Part shown: piece after piece, positions 10,243-29,220 of the stretch
How positions within the stretch are numbered: the stretch's first letter is position 1
Layout of the letters: each line of letters starts with the position of its first letter
NCBI GenBank assembly: GCA_950097015.1
Contig: CATNEN010000038.1
Span: forward strand, 16,244,001 to 16,308,000
Direction: 5' to 3'
Source: Macrostomum hystrix
Lineage: Eukaryota > Animalia > Platyhelminthes
DNA: 64,000 nucleotides
Translations under genes and position numbers: made by a program
Notes under the pieces: generated by a model
The model's database searches: none
What the model was told of the DNA's origin: nothing
What the model saw: the letters and a program-made list of their open reading frames with translations, nothing else

Positions 10243-11211
10243 ATGGTGAGCAATAGCAGTAGCAATAGCGAGACCGTGCACTGGAGCCAGCTGTTGTACA
10301 GCCTGAACCAGACTGCCAACACCGCCCAGCTCGTCACGGCGATCGTCGGCCTCTGCCTCAACGCCTGGCTGGTGTTCTGCATCGCTTGGTCACCGGTGCT
10401 GCGTCGAAAGTCCTTCTTTGTCATGTTGGCAAATGTCGGCGTAGCCAATGGCCTTCTCAACGCGGCCTTTCTGTACGTGACAGCGCTGAGAACTGCCGAC
10501 TTTGCCGCCCTGCAGGGACACCAGAGAAGCCAGCTGCAGTGCCTGGCGGAGGTGGCGCCTCTGACTTTCGGCTTGGACAGCTCGGTGCTGTTCATACTAG
10601 CCGTCTGCTTTGACCGGCTGTTTGCCATCAGCCTGCCGCATCGGTACAGTTCCAGTCAAAAGTCCAGAGTTTATCCTTGGGCTCTGGTTGTTGTCATGTG
10701 GCTGTTCACAGTTGGTGACACAGTTGCCCTAGGCCTGACCTTGGACAACCCCAACGGCTTATTGGACTTCTGCTTCGTCACGGACGTTCAGGGCGACGTG
10801 TTCAGCACGTGGAATCTGTCTATGACGCTGGCACTGAGCTGCCTGGCTCTGCTGTTCAGCGTCGCGTCGGCCGTGCGGCTGGTTTGCATTATGTCCAGAA
10901 CGGCAACCGCCATGGCTGACAGCTCCGCAGATGGTGCTAGGAAGGCCGAAATGTTTGATAGCGTTGTCAGCATAGCCATAGTGGCTGGCGTTGTGTTCTG
11001 CGCCCAGGTGGCGGCCATCGTGAGCCTCCTAATCATCAACAACATGCAGAAATCTAACCGAGCTCGATTTAGCAACTGGGCCCGACTGCCGCAGCTGCTG
11101 AGCTCAACCAGCTACTTCTGGATTCAGCTGGCACGGTCCTCGCTGTTTCGCACGGAGTTCTTGCGCTGCCTCAACTGTCGCGGAAGGCGCACCGCGACGG
11201 TGCGTCCTTGA
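10243..11211 (+). CDS. Intronless rhodopsin-class 7TM GPCR, Srsx-like / putative chemoreceptor
   Basis: 322 aa with about 7 hydrophobic segments, N-terminal N-glycosylation sequons, TM1 GLCLN, TM3-end CFDRLFAISLPHRY and helix-8-like SSLFRTEF. Lacks NPxxY. Confidence 0.82.
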   Translation: MVSNSSSNSETVHWSQLLYSLNQTANTAQLVTAIVGLCLNAWLVFCIAWSPVLRRKSFFVMLANVGVANGLLNAAFLYVTALRTADFAALQGHQRSQLQCLAEVAPLTFGLDSSVLFILAVCFDRLFAISLPHRYSSSQKSRVYPWALVVVMWLFTVGDTVALGLTLDNPNGLLDFCFVTDVQGDVFSTWNLSMTLALSCLALLFSVASAVRLVCIMSRTATAMADSSADGARKAEMFDSVVSIAIVAGVVFCAQVAAIVSLLIINNMQKSNRARFSNWARLPQLLSSTSYFWIQLARSSLFRTEFLRCLNCRGRRTATVRP

Positions 11212-11222
11212 GAGACTTCGGT

Positions 11223-13642
11223 GGATCCTCATCTCATCCTGGGATCCTCATCTCATCCTGGGGATTTTCTCTTCTCATCCTGGGATCCTCATCTCATCCT
11301 GGGATCCTCATCTGATCCTGGGATCCTTATCTCATCCTGGGGATCCTCATCTCATCCTGGGGATCCTCATCTCATCCTGGGATCCTCATCTCATCCTGGG
11401 ATCCTCATCTCATCCTGGGATCCTCATCTCATCCTGGGATCCTCATCTCATCCTGGGATCCTCATCTCATCCTGGGATCCTCATCTCATCCTGAGATCCT
11501 TTTCTCATCCTGGGATCCTTTTCTCATCCTGGGATCCTCATCTCATCCTGGGATCCTCATCTGATCCTGAGATCCTCATCTGATCCTGAGATCCTCATCT
11601 CATCCCGAATCCTCATCTCATCCTGGGATCCTCATCTCATCCTGGGATCCTCATCTCATCCTGGGATCCTCATCTCATCCTGGGATCCTCATCTCATCCT
11701 GGGATCCTCATCTCATCCTGGGATCTTCATCTCATCCTGGGATCCTCATCTTATCCTGGGATCCTCATCTCATCCTGGGATCCTCATCTGATCCTGAGAT
11801 CCTCATCTCATCCCGAATCCTCATCTCATCCTGGGATCCTCATCTCATCCTGGGATCCTCATCTCATCCTGGGATCCTCATCTCATCCTGGGATCCTCAT
11901 CTTATCCTGGGATCCTCATCTGATCCTGGGATCCTCATCTCATCCTGGGATCCTCATCTCATCCTGGGATCCTTATCTCATCCTGGGATCCTCATCTCAT
12001 CCTGGGATCCTCATCTCATCCTGGGATCCTCATCTCATCCTGGGATCCTCATCTCATCCTGGGATCCTCATCTCATCCTGGGATCCTCATCTGATCCTGA
12101 GATCCTCATCTCATCCCGAATCCTCATCTCATCCTGGGATCCTCATCTCATCCTGGGATCCTCATCTCATCCTGGGATCCTCATCTCATCCTGAGATCCT
12201 CATCTTATCCTGGGATCCTCATCTCATCCTGGGATCCTCATCTGATCCTGAGATCCTCATCTCATCCCGAATCCTGAACTCATCCTGGGATCCTTATCTC
12301 ATCCTGGGATCCTCATCTCATCCTGGGATCCTTATCTCATCCTGGGATCCTCATCTCATCCTGAGATCCTCATCTTATCCTGGGATCCTCATCTTATCCT
12401 GAGATCCTCATCTCATCCCGAATCCTCATCTCATCCTGGGATCCTTATCTCATCCTGGGATCCTCATCTCATCCTGGGATCCTCATCTCATCCTGGGATC
12501 CTCATCTCATCCTGAGATCCTCATCTTATCCTGGGATCCTCATCTCATCCTGGGATCCTCATCTGATCCTGAGATCCTCATCTCATCCCGAATCCTCATC
12601 TCATCCTGGGATCCTTATCTCATCCTGGGATCCTCATCTCATCCTGGGATCCTCATCTGATCCTGAGATCCTCATCTCATCCTGAGATCCTCATCTTATC
12701 CTGAGATCCTCATCTCATCCTGGGATCCTCATCTGATCCTGAGATCCTCATCTCATCCCGAATCCTCATCTCATCCTGGGATCCTTATCTCATCCTGGGA
12801 TCCTCATCTCATCCTGGGATCCTTATCTCATCCTGGGATCCTCATCTCATCCTGGGATCCTCATCTCATCCTGGGATCCTCATCTCATCCTGGGATCCTC
12901 ATCTCATTCTGGGATCCTCATCTGATCCTGAGATCCTCATCTCATCCCGAATCCTCATCTCATCCTGGGATCCTTATCTCATCCTGGGATCCTCATCTCA
13001 TCCTGGGATCCTTATCTCATCCTGGGATCCTCATCTCATCCTGGGATCCTCATCTCATCCTGAGATCCTCATCTCATCCCGAATCCTCATCTCATCCTGG
13101 GATCCTTATCTCATCCTGGGATCCTTATCTCATCCTGGGATCCTTATCTCATCCTGGGATCCTCATCTCATCCTGGGATCCTCATCTCATCCTGGGATCC
13201 TCATCTCATCCTGGGATCCTCATCTCATCCTGGGATCCTCATCTTATCCTGGGATCCTCATCTCATCCCGAATCCTGAACTCATCCTGGGATCCTCATCT
13301 CATCCCGAATCCTGAACTCATCCTGGGATCCTCATCTTATCCTGGGATCCTCATCTGATCCTGGGATCCTCATCTTATCCTGGGATCCTCATCTCATCCT
13401 GGGATCCTCATCTCATCCCGAATCCTGAACTCATCCTGGGATCCTCATCTCATCCCGAATCCTGAACTCATCCTGGGATCCTCATCTTATCCTGGGATCC
13501 TCATCTGATCCTGGGATCCTCATCTTATCCTGGGGATCCTCATCTGATCCTGGGATCCTCATCTCATCCCGAGTCCTGAACTCATCCTGGGATCCTCATC
13601 TCATCCCGAATCCTGAACTCATCCTGGGATCCTGATCCTGGG
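11223..13642 (+). repeat. 19-bp minisatellite (GGGATCCTCATCTCATCCT), about 125 copies
   Basis: Directly visible. Starts about 12 nt after the GPCR stop codon; recurrent variant units (CCCGAATCC, TCTGATCCTGAG). Confidence 0.97.
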
Positions 13643-14983
13643 AATATTATTTTAATATCTGCTTTCGTACGATTTATATTTAGTAGCAAGTATAATGCAT
13701 TCATGACACCCCAATGCACAGAAATATTACCCATATTAACTTTTTTGGCTGTGTTTTGTTGACTTTCGTTTTCTCTTAATTTTGTCTGGGCGTAAGAATC
13801 AAATCTGGATATGAAATCTTGCCGGCCCCTTTGATGTTTTCATGCTGAGCATGTGAATCTAAATTGTATTGAAAGTTGGTCAGAAACCTTGACTTCTCGT
13901 TGACCGCGCAGCGACTTACAATTAGTATATGCTAGAACAAGCCTACTGAAAAGAATCCACTTAAGCACGCTCGCGAGTATTTGCATTCAAAAAGTGTATA
14001 TTTTTCGTTATCCATAAAGAGATTTGAATTTAGAATGTATACGCGTACATGTATAAAAACATTATGTCGAATCGTCGAGTTGACTTTTTTACAACTGTCT
14101 CTCATTCATGCTTATGTCATTATACGAGCTCGTATTGAAAGTAACATAATATTATATAATTGATCACTATAGCAAGGCTTGAAGATATACTTCTTCACTT
14201 CTTGTTTTTTGTTGAATTGGCCATATTAATCTTTATGAGCCAAGTTAAGATTATTTTGTAACGAAAGTTGTCATTTTACTAAAATTCTCCATAATATATT
14301 TGTTATATTTGCATATTTGTTATAATTTTCATAATAACAAAAAATGTGAAATATCGAATCAGATTTTAATTCTTTGTCAATATAATACAATGCTTGTTCT
14401 TAAATGGAAATATTTCAAAACTTATAACTTGTAACTTTTGTTTCCAATTAACAATAGCTAGCTTTTCTGAAAACTATAACAGTTGCTAAAGCAATATAAA
14501 TTATAGCTTCTTTGTGCATATAATACATGTGTTATTGCTGTTTCAGCATCTTGGACTTCAAGTCAATTATAAAAGAAACGATGATCGATCATGAGCTTTA
14601 TTATTTAACAGAAAATCAAAGGCTTTTAGGGTGAAAATCTTGAATCTGTGTACATAACGTTTTTACGAATCTATAGTACATATTGATTTTTTAAATATTT
14701 ATTTTTGAAATGTTTATTTTATAATCGTCTCAGCGAAGTGCGATTAAACAAAACTGCAATTCCGGAAAATGTGTCTAAAATGATGAAACAAAAACTATGT
14801 ACAAATTGTTAGTTGTGTTTACTATAACAGGAATTTAAACCTGAATAATGCGGATTTTACTAGGCCTCAGAGAGCAAATTAATTTGCTGATTAATAATTA
14901 GATGATAAGAAGAATTTTCAAGCATGCGTGAAACCTCCCATTAAAATGTGCTTCTGCTAATAATTACTTATACTAATGCTGCG

Positions 14984-15500
14984 ATCCTCATCTTATGCTG
15001 GGATCCTCATTTGATCCTGAAATCCTCATCTGATCCTGGGATCCTCATCTCATCATAGGATCCTCATCTCATCCTGGGGATCCTCATCTCATCCTGGGGA
15101 TTTTCTCTTCTCATCCTGGGATCCTCATCTGATCCAGGGATCCTCATCTGATCCTGGGATCCTCATCTCATCCTGGGGATCCTCATCTCATTCTGCAGGA
15201 TCCTTATCTAATTTGGGATCCTCATCTGATCCTGGGATCCTCATCTGATCCTGGGATCCTCATCTGATGCTGGGATCCTCATCTGATGCTGGGATCCTCA
15301 TCTTATGCTGGGATCCTCATTTGATCCTGAAATCCTCATCTGATCCTGGGATCCTCATCTCATCCTAGGATCCTCATCTCATCCTGGGGATTTTCTCTTC
15401 TCGTCCTAGGATCCTCATCTGATCCAGGGATCTGTTACTCATCCTGGGATCCTCATCTGATCTTGGGATCCTCATCTCATCCTGGGATCCTCATCTCATC
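14984..15500 (+). repeat. Second, more diverged array of the same 19-bp minisatellite
   Basis: Same unit, sharing the rare variant GGGGATTTTCTCTTCTC with the start of the first array. Confidence 0.93.
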
Positions 15501-15851
15501 TAATATAAAATATATATTCATTAATTTAAAACTAGGCAAATATGAGGTAAAAATCCCAAACGAATAGAAAGGAAGTGCTGTTGGTTGATTTTCTAAAATC
15601 ATACCGGACTGTTGGACAGATGCGGGCAGGAATTGTAATTGCAATTCCTGCGACTGACCAGGTGACCAGGTAAAGTCGCAGATGTTTCTAAATAGCTAGA
15701 GAATAATTGCGACCCTTTGCAATTCAAAGGATCAAATAGTCCTGCTAGAGAAGCATTGGTTTTGTTGGGGCCTTGCTTTAGTCAGAAATTATTTACAGAA
15801 AGGCCCCTACGTAAATAACAATGTTGCTAAATTTCGCGAATGCCTTGTATT

Positions 15852-16362
15852 TGGGATTTGGGATAGCAGCGATAGCTCACTGAGGGATTTGGGATTTGGG
15901 ATAACAGCAATAGCTCACTGAGGGATTTGGGATTTGGGATAACAGCAATAGCTCGCTGAGGGATTTTTGGGATTTAGGATTTAGGATTAAAGCAATAGCT
16001 CAGGGAGGGATTTGGGATTTGGGGTTAAAGCACTAGCTCAGTGAGGGATTTGGGATTTGGGATAACAGCAATAGCTCACTGAGGGATTTGGGATTTGGGA
16101 TATCAGCAATAGCTCACTGAGGGATTTTGGATTTGGGATATCAGCAATAGCTCGCTGAGGGATTTTGGATTTGGGATATCAGCAATAGCTCACTGAGGGA
16201 TTTGGGATTTGGGATATCAGCAATAGCTCACTGAGGGATTTTGGATTTGGGATATCAGCAATAGCTCACTGAGGGATTTGGGATTTGGGATAACAGCAAT
16301 AGCTCAGTGAGGGATTTGGGATTTGGGATTAAAGCAATAGCTCCCTGGGGGATTTGGGATTT
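15852..16362 (+). repeat. 38-bp G-run minisatellite (GAGGGATTTGGGATTTGGGATAACAGCAATAGCTCACT)
   Basis: About 13 copies directly visible. Confidence 0.93.
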
Positions 16363-16696
16363 GGTGTGAGACTCCTAATGAAGTGATACACGTAAAGTGC
16401 GTAAAAGTATATGGCATGATAAGGAAGCAAATAAGTGCAAAAGTTCTAAATTAGATCCCTGACATTGTAACACTTGAGAATATTGTAACACTGAGCCTCA
16501 ACTCCTTGAGGATAAAATAAATTTCGTGATTCCCAACTGTCATGCAATCGAACTTGGCTTTAGACAAAGCTGAAAGTAGAAAAAAATTCTTCTCAGGCTT
16601 TCAGACACAGTTTAAGATTTTTTATTTAGCCATCAGCTTCATCAGTTTCATTTCGAACATTTCAGCTTAGAAAGGCATTTCAAGGTTATTTATTAG

Positions 16697-18389
16697 CAGT
16701 AGAAAGACCAGGCCATTTCCTAGCTCCCTTGGTAGAGACCTCGGGGTATTTCAAATACCCACCCCTACATCACGATAGCTCCCAGCACGAATGACTGATT
16801 GCCATGAAATTTCACCTTGCGGAAAAAAAACTGGCTTTCAAAGCTTTCACTTTGACGAAATGACAATTTTATAAGTCGATTGCTTAACACTTTCTGCATA
16901 GTCTATGGTATTTTGTATCCATAGAAAATGCGTAAATTTATGAATGTATTTAAATATATATAACAAATTAAAGAAAAAAAATAAAGTAGCAGAAATACAT
17001 GTATAACAGTGTATTTTTAGTTTTAAGTTTCATTACTGTAAATACGTTTTCTATAAAAATATATGTAAAAAAATATATAAAAAGAGAAAATTATTTTGTT
17101 TTATTTTGTACCGTAAGAAAAATAATGCCGCATGTAAATATTTTGTTTCATTTTGTATCTTGTAAATAATACTATGTAAAAAGTCGCCATTAAAACAAAA
17201 GTTAATTTTTTACTGTATATATAGCCGCAATTTTGACTGGGAAAATATAAGTCGTTTAAGTCGTTTGAGCTTGCTAAAGTTTACTAAAGTGTTCTGAAGT
17301 TGAAGTTTTCGAAGTGTTTAAGAAGAGTTTCTAAGTGTGTTTTAAATCAAAAGATTCAAGTGTTGCATTGTGTTATTCATTTTAAGAGAGGCTAGCAGTG
17401 AGAAATATACTCAGAACTTTACTCAGAACTATATTCAGGACTATACTCGGAGATATACTCAGAACCATACTCAGAATTATACTCAGAACCATACTCAGAA
17501 TTATACTCAGAACCATACTCAGAATTGTACTAAGAATATTGCAAAAAGGAAACTGCTAAACTCTAATCTCGGGGACGCCTAATTGACTGGAAACGTGTAC
17601 AGTTGCCTAGTTACCGCTCGTGCAAATACATACGCTACCATTTGAGAAGCTAAAACGGCCCATTTAAGGACCGCCAGTCAAATATCTTTTTAATTGAGTC
17701 AACAGCAGTGAAATTGTTAAAATAGCCCGGTTACAACTTTGGTGTCTGAAGTGGGATTTTCTTATACAAGCCTGTTATTAAATATTGTAAATTTAGCCCT
17801 AGTACACATGGATTCTTGCGGATTTCCTTATTTCACAATTTCTAAATTTATCTTGCGGATAACTTTATGTAGCTCATAGTTTGTCTATGGCTACAACCCT
17901 AACAACTGCATAGCTCAGACAAACCCCAAGCAAAAAATTGTGAAATAATATCATAATAAAAAGTGTGAAGCAATCACAATAAGTGTTGAACAATGACAAC
18001 AAGAAGTGTTAAGCAATGGCGACTGGGTCTCAGTCAAAGCATTAAAACAATATGTGCTTGGATAGTATGTTGCATCGTTTTTGACCATTATTCAACTCTG
18101 CAACATACTATTCAATCTACCATTGCCCTGCATAAACCTCGATGGTGAATCCGTATTGGTTCATAAGCAATAATAAGCAATATAATGAATAATAATAGCC
18201 GACATGGTTACATAATGAAATTTTAGGAGCAGCAAATTTATGCATTTATTGGTGGTTTTTGCCAACAAGAAACCCCGACGAGAACCGTTGAATATCTCGA
18301 AGATGTCGATGTTTTGTGATTCTAGACGTTTATTTATCGGGTCGTGAATCCATAAGAAAATAAAAATGTACCCCGTGCTCTTTCTACTG
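16697..18389 (-). mobile_element. TIR element family X (CAGTAGAAAGACCACGGGGTA...), copy interrupted by other sequence
   Basis: 16697-16782 is the reverse complement of the right end of the 42686 and 61288 copies. 18250-18389 is the reverse complement of their left end (CAAAACATCG...GATATTCAACG.TTCTCGTC). Confidence 0.6.
17405..17530 (+). repeat. 12-bp repeat (ATACTCAGAACC/ATT)
   Basis: About 10 units visible. Confidence 0.85.
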
Positions 18390-18587
18390 TAAAAGCGATT
18401 TAAAAAAGAACTTTATTTTTTTTCAAAGAAATTCTTTGTTTGTATTTTTTTGTTAAAATTAAGCCTTATTACAAAATAACAAAATATACTAAGGCTTGCT
18501 TGACATTGATTTGCATTTGTGAATTATGTACTCGTACTTTTAATTCTAAGAAATATACTTTATTTTTAACAAACAGTTTAGCGAAAA

Positions 18588-23653
<5,066 letters not shown>

Positions 23654-24329
23654 TCTTTTTCTTGCGTTTCAATCTTTCTCAAGCAACTGGCTCTTCTCAA
23701 ACTCTATCTATAGACCTTACCAGGCCAAGTTTGGATCGTTTTATATATAAAAATGTCTCTTAACTGTCATAATTTATGCTTATTCAACTGCTTAAACTCA
23801 GGCTGATTCTAGTCTGCTTTTCCTTCTCTCCTAACAATGTCTCCAAGGTAGTCGCTCTGTCTCTCCGTATGTGTCTTTTATGTTTCCATCTTCTCACCTC
23901 ACTCTGCGAGTGCGGCGAGAGATTTCTTAAATATTTTATGCACATTCAAGAGACAACCTCACCACTAGGTAATTAATTTATAGAGGCCTTCGCAACACAA
24001 TTATCAGGCATTTACTGAACTCAAACTTTTCTGTTTTTTTCTGCTCCACTAAAGCACTGCCCTTGCTTAAAAAATAATTGTTCGACATTTGAGAAAGCGA
24101 GTAGATATATTGCGAAAATTATTTTGTTAAAACTGTATTCTGCTCTAAGTTTGGTAATAAAAAATGTAATTTTGTGACTCAAATTAAAAAAACTTACCGC
24201 ACACGGTCTCAGACTTGACAGATGACATGCAGTTTGACATACTCATTTCAGAGTAAACAAATGACAGTTTGACAATAGTCTAGTAGCAGATCAATATTAA
24301 TTAAGTAGGAGATCGATAACAATCAAGCA

Positions 24330-27075
24330 ACAGATCGATAAAAATCTATTACATGAGATCGATAATAATCTATTGTAGGTGATCGATAATAATCTAGAGT
24401 AGGAGATCGATAATAATCTAGTGTAGGAGATCGATAGTAATCCAGTAGGAGATCGATAATAATCTAGTGTAAAAAATCGATAATAATCTACTGTAGGAGA
24501 TCGATAATAATCTCTTGTAGGAGATCGATAATAATCTAGTGTAGGAGATCGATAATAATCTATTGTGGAGATCGATAATAATCTATTGTAGGAGATCGAT
24601 AATAATCTCTTGTAGGAGATCGATAATAATCTAGTGTAAAAGATCGATAATAATCTATTGTAGGAGATCGATAATAATCTCTTGTAGGAGATCGATAATA
24701 ATCTAGTGTAGGAGATCGATAATAATCTAGTGTAAAAGATCGATAATAATCTACTGTAGGAGATCGATAATAATATATTGTAGGAGATCGATAATAATCT
24801 ATTGTGGAGATCGATAATAATCTATTGTAGGAGATCGATAATAATCTAGTGTAAAAGATCGATAATAATCTATTGTAGGAGATCGATAATAATCTATTGT
24901 AGGAGATCGATAATAATCTAGTGTAAAAGATCGATAATAATCTACTGTAGGAGATCGATAATAATCTATTGTAGGAGATCGATAATAATCTAGTGTAAAA
25001 GATCGATAATAATCTATTGTAGGAGATCGATAATAATCTACTGTAGGAGATCGATAATAATCTATTGTAGGAGATCGATAATAATCTACTGTAGGAGATC
25101 GATAATAATCTACTGTAGGAGATCGATAATAATCTATTGTAGGAGATCGATAATAATCTTTTGTAGGAGATCGATAATAATCTATTGTGGAGATCGATAA
25201 TAATCTATTGTAGGAGATCGATAATAATCTATTGTAGGAGATCGATAATAATCTACTGTAGGAGATCGATAATAATCTATTGTAGGAGATCGATAATAAT
25301 CTACTGTAGGAGATCGATAATAATCTATTGTAGGAGATCGATAATTATCTATTGTAGGAGATCGATAATAATCTATTGTAGGAGATCGATAATGATCTAT
25401 TGTAGGAGATCGATAATAATCTAGAGTAGGAGATCGATAATAATCTAGAGTAGGAGATCGATAATAATCTAGAGTAGGAGATCGATAATAATCTAGAGTA
25501 GGAGATCGATAATAATCTACTGTAGGAGATCGATAATAATCTAGTGTAGGAGATCGATAGTAATCCAGTAGGAGATCGATAATAATCTATTGTAGGAGAT
25601 CGATAATAATCTCTTGTAGGAGATCGATAATAATCTAGTGTAGGAGATCGATAATAATCTAGTGTAAAAGATCGATAATAATCTATTGTAGGAGATCGAT
25701 AATAATCTCTTGTAGGAGATCGATAATAATCTAGTGTAGGAGATCGATAATAATCTAGTGTAAAAGATCGATAATAATCTACTGTAGGAGATCGATAATA
25801 ATATATTGTAGGAGATCGATAATAATCTATTGTGGAGATCGATAATAATCTATTGTAGGAGATCGATAATAATCTACTGTAGGAGATCGATAATAATCTA
25901 TTGTAGGAGATCGATAATAATCTAGTGTAAAAGATCGATAATAATCTATTGTAGGAGATCGATAATAATCTACTGTAGGAGATCGATAATAATCTATTGT
26001 AGGAGATCGATAATAATCTACTGTAGGAGATCGATAATAATCTACTGTAGGAGATCGATAATAATCTATTGTAGGAGATCGATAATAATCTTTTGTAGGA
26101 GATCGATAATAATCTATTGTGGAGATCGATAATAATCTATTGTAGGAGATCGATAATAATCTATTGTAGGAGATCGATAATAATCTACTGTAGGAGATCG
26201 ATAATAATCTATTGTAGGAGATCGATAATAATCTACTGTAGGAGATCGATAATAATCTATTGTAGGAGATCGATAATAATCTATTGTAGGAGATCGATAA
26301 TGATCTATTGTAGGAGATCGATAATAATCTATTCTAGGAGATCGATAATAATCTAGTGTAGGAGATCGATAATAATCTATTGTAGGAGATCGATAATGAT
26401 CTACTGTAGGAGATCGATAATAATCTACTGTAGGAGATCGATAATAATCTATTGTAGGAGATCGATAATAATCTATTGTAGGAGATCGATAATAATCTAT
26501 TGTAGGAGATCGATAAAAATCTATTGTAGGAGATCGATAATGATCTATTGTAGGAGATCGATAATAATCTATTCTAGGAGATCGATAATAATCTAGTGTA
26601 GGAGATCGATAATAATCTATTGTAGGAGATCGATAATAATCTCTTGTAGGAGATCGATAATAATCTAGTGTAGGAGATCGATAATGATCTACTGTAGGAG
26701 ATCGATAATAATCTATTGTAGGAGATCGAAAATAATCTATTGTAGGAGATCGATAATAATCTATTGTAGGAGATCGATAATAATCTATTGTAGGAGATCG
26801 ATAATAATATATTGTAGGAGATCGATAATAATCTATTGCAGGAGATCGAAAACAATCTAGTAGAAGATCGATAGTAATCCAGTAGGAGATCGATAATAAT
26901 CTAGTGTAGGAGATCGATAATAATCTAGTGTAGGAGATCGATAATAATCTATTGTAGGAGATCGATAATAATCTACTGTAGGAGATCGATAATAATCTTT
27001 TGCAGGAGATCGAAAACAATCTAGTAGAAGATCGATAATAATCCAGTAGGAGATCGATAATAATCTATTGTAGAT
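24330..27075 (+). repeat. 24-bp minisatellite (AGGAGATCGATAATAATCTATTGT), about 110 copies
   Basis: Directly visible with degenerate edges; variant units recur in blocks. Confidence 0.97.
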
Positions 27076-27430
27076 CGATACGTGGTAATAATATAACAAA
27101 GAACTTTACTTTATACGGAAATAGAGGCGAAATATTACCTGCTTTATTCCGCTAGGTCAGGACTTGAGTGTGATTTAATGACCTGTAGGTAGGGCACATT
27201 GTGAGATACTTCTGTATGTTTATATTTGACAACCGTCAAAGCTAGCCAATTCCTGAATATTTATTCATTAATTTGGCAACACAAATAAATATCTACTTGC
27301 TAAATTTAAAAAGGAACGCAATCTGGTCCATGTTAATAATTAACTATATTCATTAATTCCTATAGCTTAGCCAATCATATTGCTCTTAGCGCAAAAAAAT
27401 AAGAGAGATAGAGAATGACAACTCTAATCC

Positions 27431-29220
27431 CTACAATCCAGCTGTGACAGACTTCAAAATCTCTACAATCCAGCTGTGACAGACTTCAAAATCTCTACAA
27501 TCCAGCTGTGACAGACTTCAAAATCTCTACAATCCAGCTGTGACAGACTTCAAAATCTCTACAATCCAGCTGTGACAGACTTCAAAATCTCTACAATCCA
27601 GCAGTGACAGACTTCAAAATCTCTACAATCCAGCAGTGACTGACTTCAAAATCCCTACAATCCAGCTGTGACTGACTTCGAAATCCCTATAATCCAGCTG
27701 TGACTGACTTCAAAATCCCTATAATCCAGCAGTGACTGACTTCAAAATCCCTACAATCCAGCTGTGACTGACTTCGAAATCCCTACAATCCAGCTGTGAC
27801 TGACTTCGAAATCCCTATAATCCAGCTGTGACTGACTTCAAAATCCCTATAATCCAGCAGTGACTGACTCCAAAATCCCTACAATCCAGCTGTGACTGAC
27901 TTCAAAATCCCTATAATCCAGCAGTGACTGACTTCAAAATCTCTACAATCCAGCTGTGACAGACTTCAAAATCTCTACAATCCAGCTGTGACAGACTTCA
28001 AAATCTCTACAATCCAGCTGTGACAGACTTCAAAATCTCTACAATCCAGCAGTGACTGACTTCAAAATCCCTATAATCCAGCTGTGACTGACTTCAAAAT
28101 CCCTATAATCCAGCTGTGACAGACTTCAAAATCCCTACAATCCAGCTGTGACTGACTTCGAAATCCCTACAATCCAGCTGTGACTGACTTCAAAATCTCT
28201 ACAATCCAGCTGTGACAGACTTCAAAATCTCTACAATCCAGCTGTGACAGACTTCAAAATCTCTACAATCCAGCTGTGACAGACTTCAAAATCTCTACAA
28301 TCCAGCTGTGACAGACTTCAAAATCCATATAATCCAGCTGTGACTGACTTCAAAATCCCTATAATCCAGTTGTGACAGACTTCAAAATCCCTATAATCCA
28401 GCTGTGACTGACTTCAAAATCCCTATAATCCAGCTGTGACTGACTTCGAAATCCCTATAATCCAGCAGTGACTGACTTCAAAATCCCTACAATCCAGCAG
28501 TGACTGACTTCAAAATCCCTATAATCCAGCTGTGACTGACTTCAAAATCTCTACAATCCAGCTGTGACAGACTTCAAAATCTCTACAATCCAGCAGTGAC
28601 TGACTTCAAAATCTCTACAATCCAGCTGTGACTGACTTCAAAATCTCTACAATCCAGCTGTGACAGACTTCAAAATCTCTACAATCCAGCAGTGACTGAC
28701 TTCAAAATCTCTACAATCCAGCTGTGACAGACTTCAAAATCTCTACAATCCAGCTGTGACAGACTTCAAAATCTCTACAATCCGGCTGTGACTGACTTCA
28801 AAATCTCTACAATCCAGCTGTGACAGACTTCAAAATCTCTACAATCCAGCAGTGACTGACTTCAAAATCTCTACAATCCAGCTGTGACAGACTTCAAAAT
28901 CTCTACAATCCAGCTGTGACAGACTTCAAAATCTCTACAATCCAGCAGTGACTGACTTCAAAATCTCTACAATCCAGCTGTGACAGACTTCAAAATCTCT
29001 ACAATCCAGCTGTGACAGACTTCAAAATCTCTACAATCCGGCTGTGACTGACTTCAAAATCTCTTCTATCCAGCTGTGACAGACTTCAAAATCTCTACAA
29101 TCCAGCTGTGACTGACTTCAAAATCTCTACAATCCAGCTGTGACAGACTTCAAAATCTCTTCTATCCAGCTGTGACAGACTTCAAAATCTCTACAATCCA
29201 GCTGTGACAGACTTCAAAAT
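27431..29220 (+). repeat. 32-bp minisatellite (CTACAATCCAGCTGTGACAGACTTCAAAATCT), about 56 copies
   Basis: Directly visible. Confidence 0.97.

Noticed and set aside
16781-17241. Possible nested CCCAG...CTGGG element within TIR family X copy
   Set aside because: Only 5 bp of terminal match and no clear TSD; cannot be supported by eye.
17602-17614. X-box-like GTTGCCTAGTTAC
   Set aside because: Not upstream of any identified gene start and lies inside a repeat-derived region.
24330-29220. 24-38-bp arrays as CRISPR-like loci
   Set aside because: Head-to-tail units with no unique spacers, no cas genes, and a eukaryotic context.
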